DNA of 64,000 nucleotides from Dicyema japonicum (taxonomy: Eukaryota > Animalia > Dicyemida), in NCBI GenBank assembly GCA_011109175.1, contig RDEW01000011.1:1298209-1362208 (forward strand), given 5' to 3'. Position 1 is the first letter of the stretch, and the number at the start of each line of letters is the position of its first letter. Made by a program: the position numbers and the translations under genes. The notes under the pieces were generated by a model. The model worked only from the letters and a program-made list of their open reading frames with translations, was not told the DNA's origin and did no database searches. Of this stretch, positions 63,390 through 64,000 are shown piece by piece.

Positions 63390-64000
63390 AGTAACCCCAG
63401 CCTCACTAACTTGTAGGAAGCCAGCAGCTATTAAGTAGGACGCAGAAGATGTTGGTCGCTCCCATGGATCGGTCAGTCCTGGCATTGTAGAGGAACGTTG
63501 TAGGTGATTTGACATTCAAATAGGTGAGTTGATCTGAGACATCCAGTAATTGTCCTGAGCGCGATGTTTGTACATTTTGTAGTTTGTCAATAGAAGCAAG
63601 AAAGGCAGGGGTTGACCAGCAATGACTTGCATAGTTAATAGTTGTTCGAATGAATTGTTTATATATGATGGTTATTCTTTGCTTTGGCCAAGGGAATGTC
63701 TTGACACAGCTTTAGGTAGGTTGATCTTGCGAGAGGCCATTGTACAATGATCCTCCACATGTTTAGAGAATGTTAATAGTTGGTCATAAACAACTCCAAG
63801 TATTTTGGGATGTTTCGTAACGGTGAGTGTTTGTCCATGAATTGTTAAAATTGATTGAAAATTTAGTTTTCAGCGGTTGGACGTGAAACAGTGACGGTGG
63901 ATTTCGATGGAGAGGGGGATAAGTGGTTTGCTCCGAGCCACTCTTCAAGAGTGTTCAAGTGGTTCTGAACATCCTTCGTTGCTTCGTTAACGTCTATGTC
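63390..64000 (-). mobile_element. Jockey/Ingi-like LINE RT fragment running out of the window
   Basis: WLGANHLSPSPSKST, KHPKILGVVYD..LTFSKH, INYASHCW, KLQNVQ. Confidence 0.8.

Overview
AT-rich eukaryotic (metazoan-type) nuclear DNA, much of it nested, mostly decayed transposable elements. No rRNA, intact tRNA or CRISPR is recognisable. Host genes I could assemble by hand: ANKAR (-), an SLC36/PAT amino-acid transporter (+), phosphorylase kinase gamma (+), an SLC6 transporter (-), a PITP-family lipid transfer protein (+), RSL1D1 (-), a LENG8/THP3-type SAC3-GANP protein (+) and NAA10 (-). All are split by ultra-short spliceosomal introns, mostly 21-27 nt. This resembles what is known for dicyemid mesozoans, but the taxon is an inference. 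Many genes also carry single-base deletions in short homopolymers, most likely uncorrected long-read errors, so CDS boundaries are approximate. Mobile elements include CRE-clade, RTE-like and Jockey/I-like non-LTR elements, Ginger2-like integrase DNA transposons, Buster-type hATs, a Merlin-like MITE and tRNA-like SINEs. Most notable observations: two different Ginger2-like elements both flanked by the TSD TATTA, with a transposase carrying host-style micro-introns; a LINE with a 2A/StopGo motif bracketed by a ~68-bp direct repeat; a shared 5' motif (GCGTCATGTG) linking that LINE to short elements; a three-level CRE > Merlin-like MITE > CRE nest; a duplicated orphan micro-intron gene; and a PHKG with paired loss of the HRD Arg and the activation-loop Glu.
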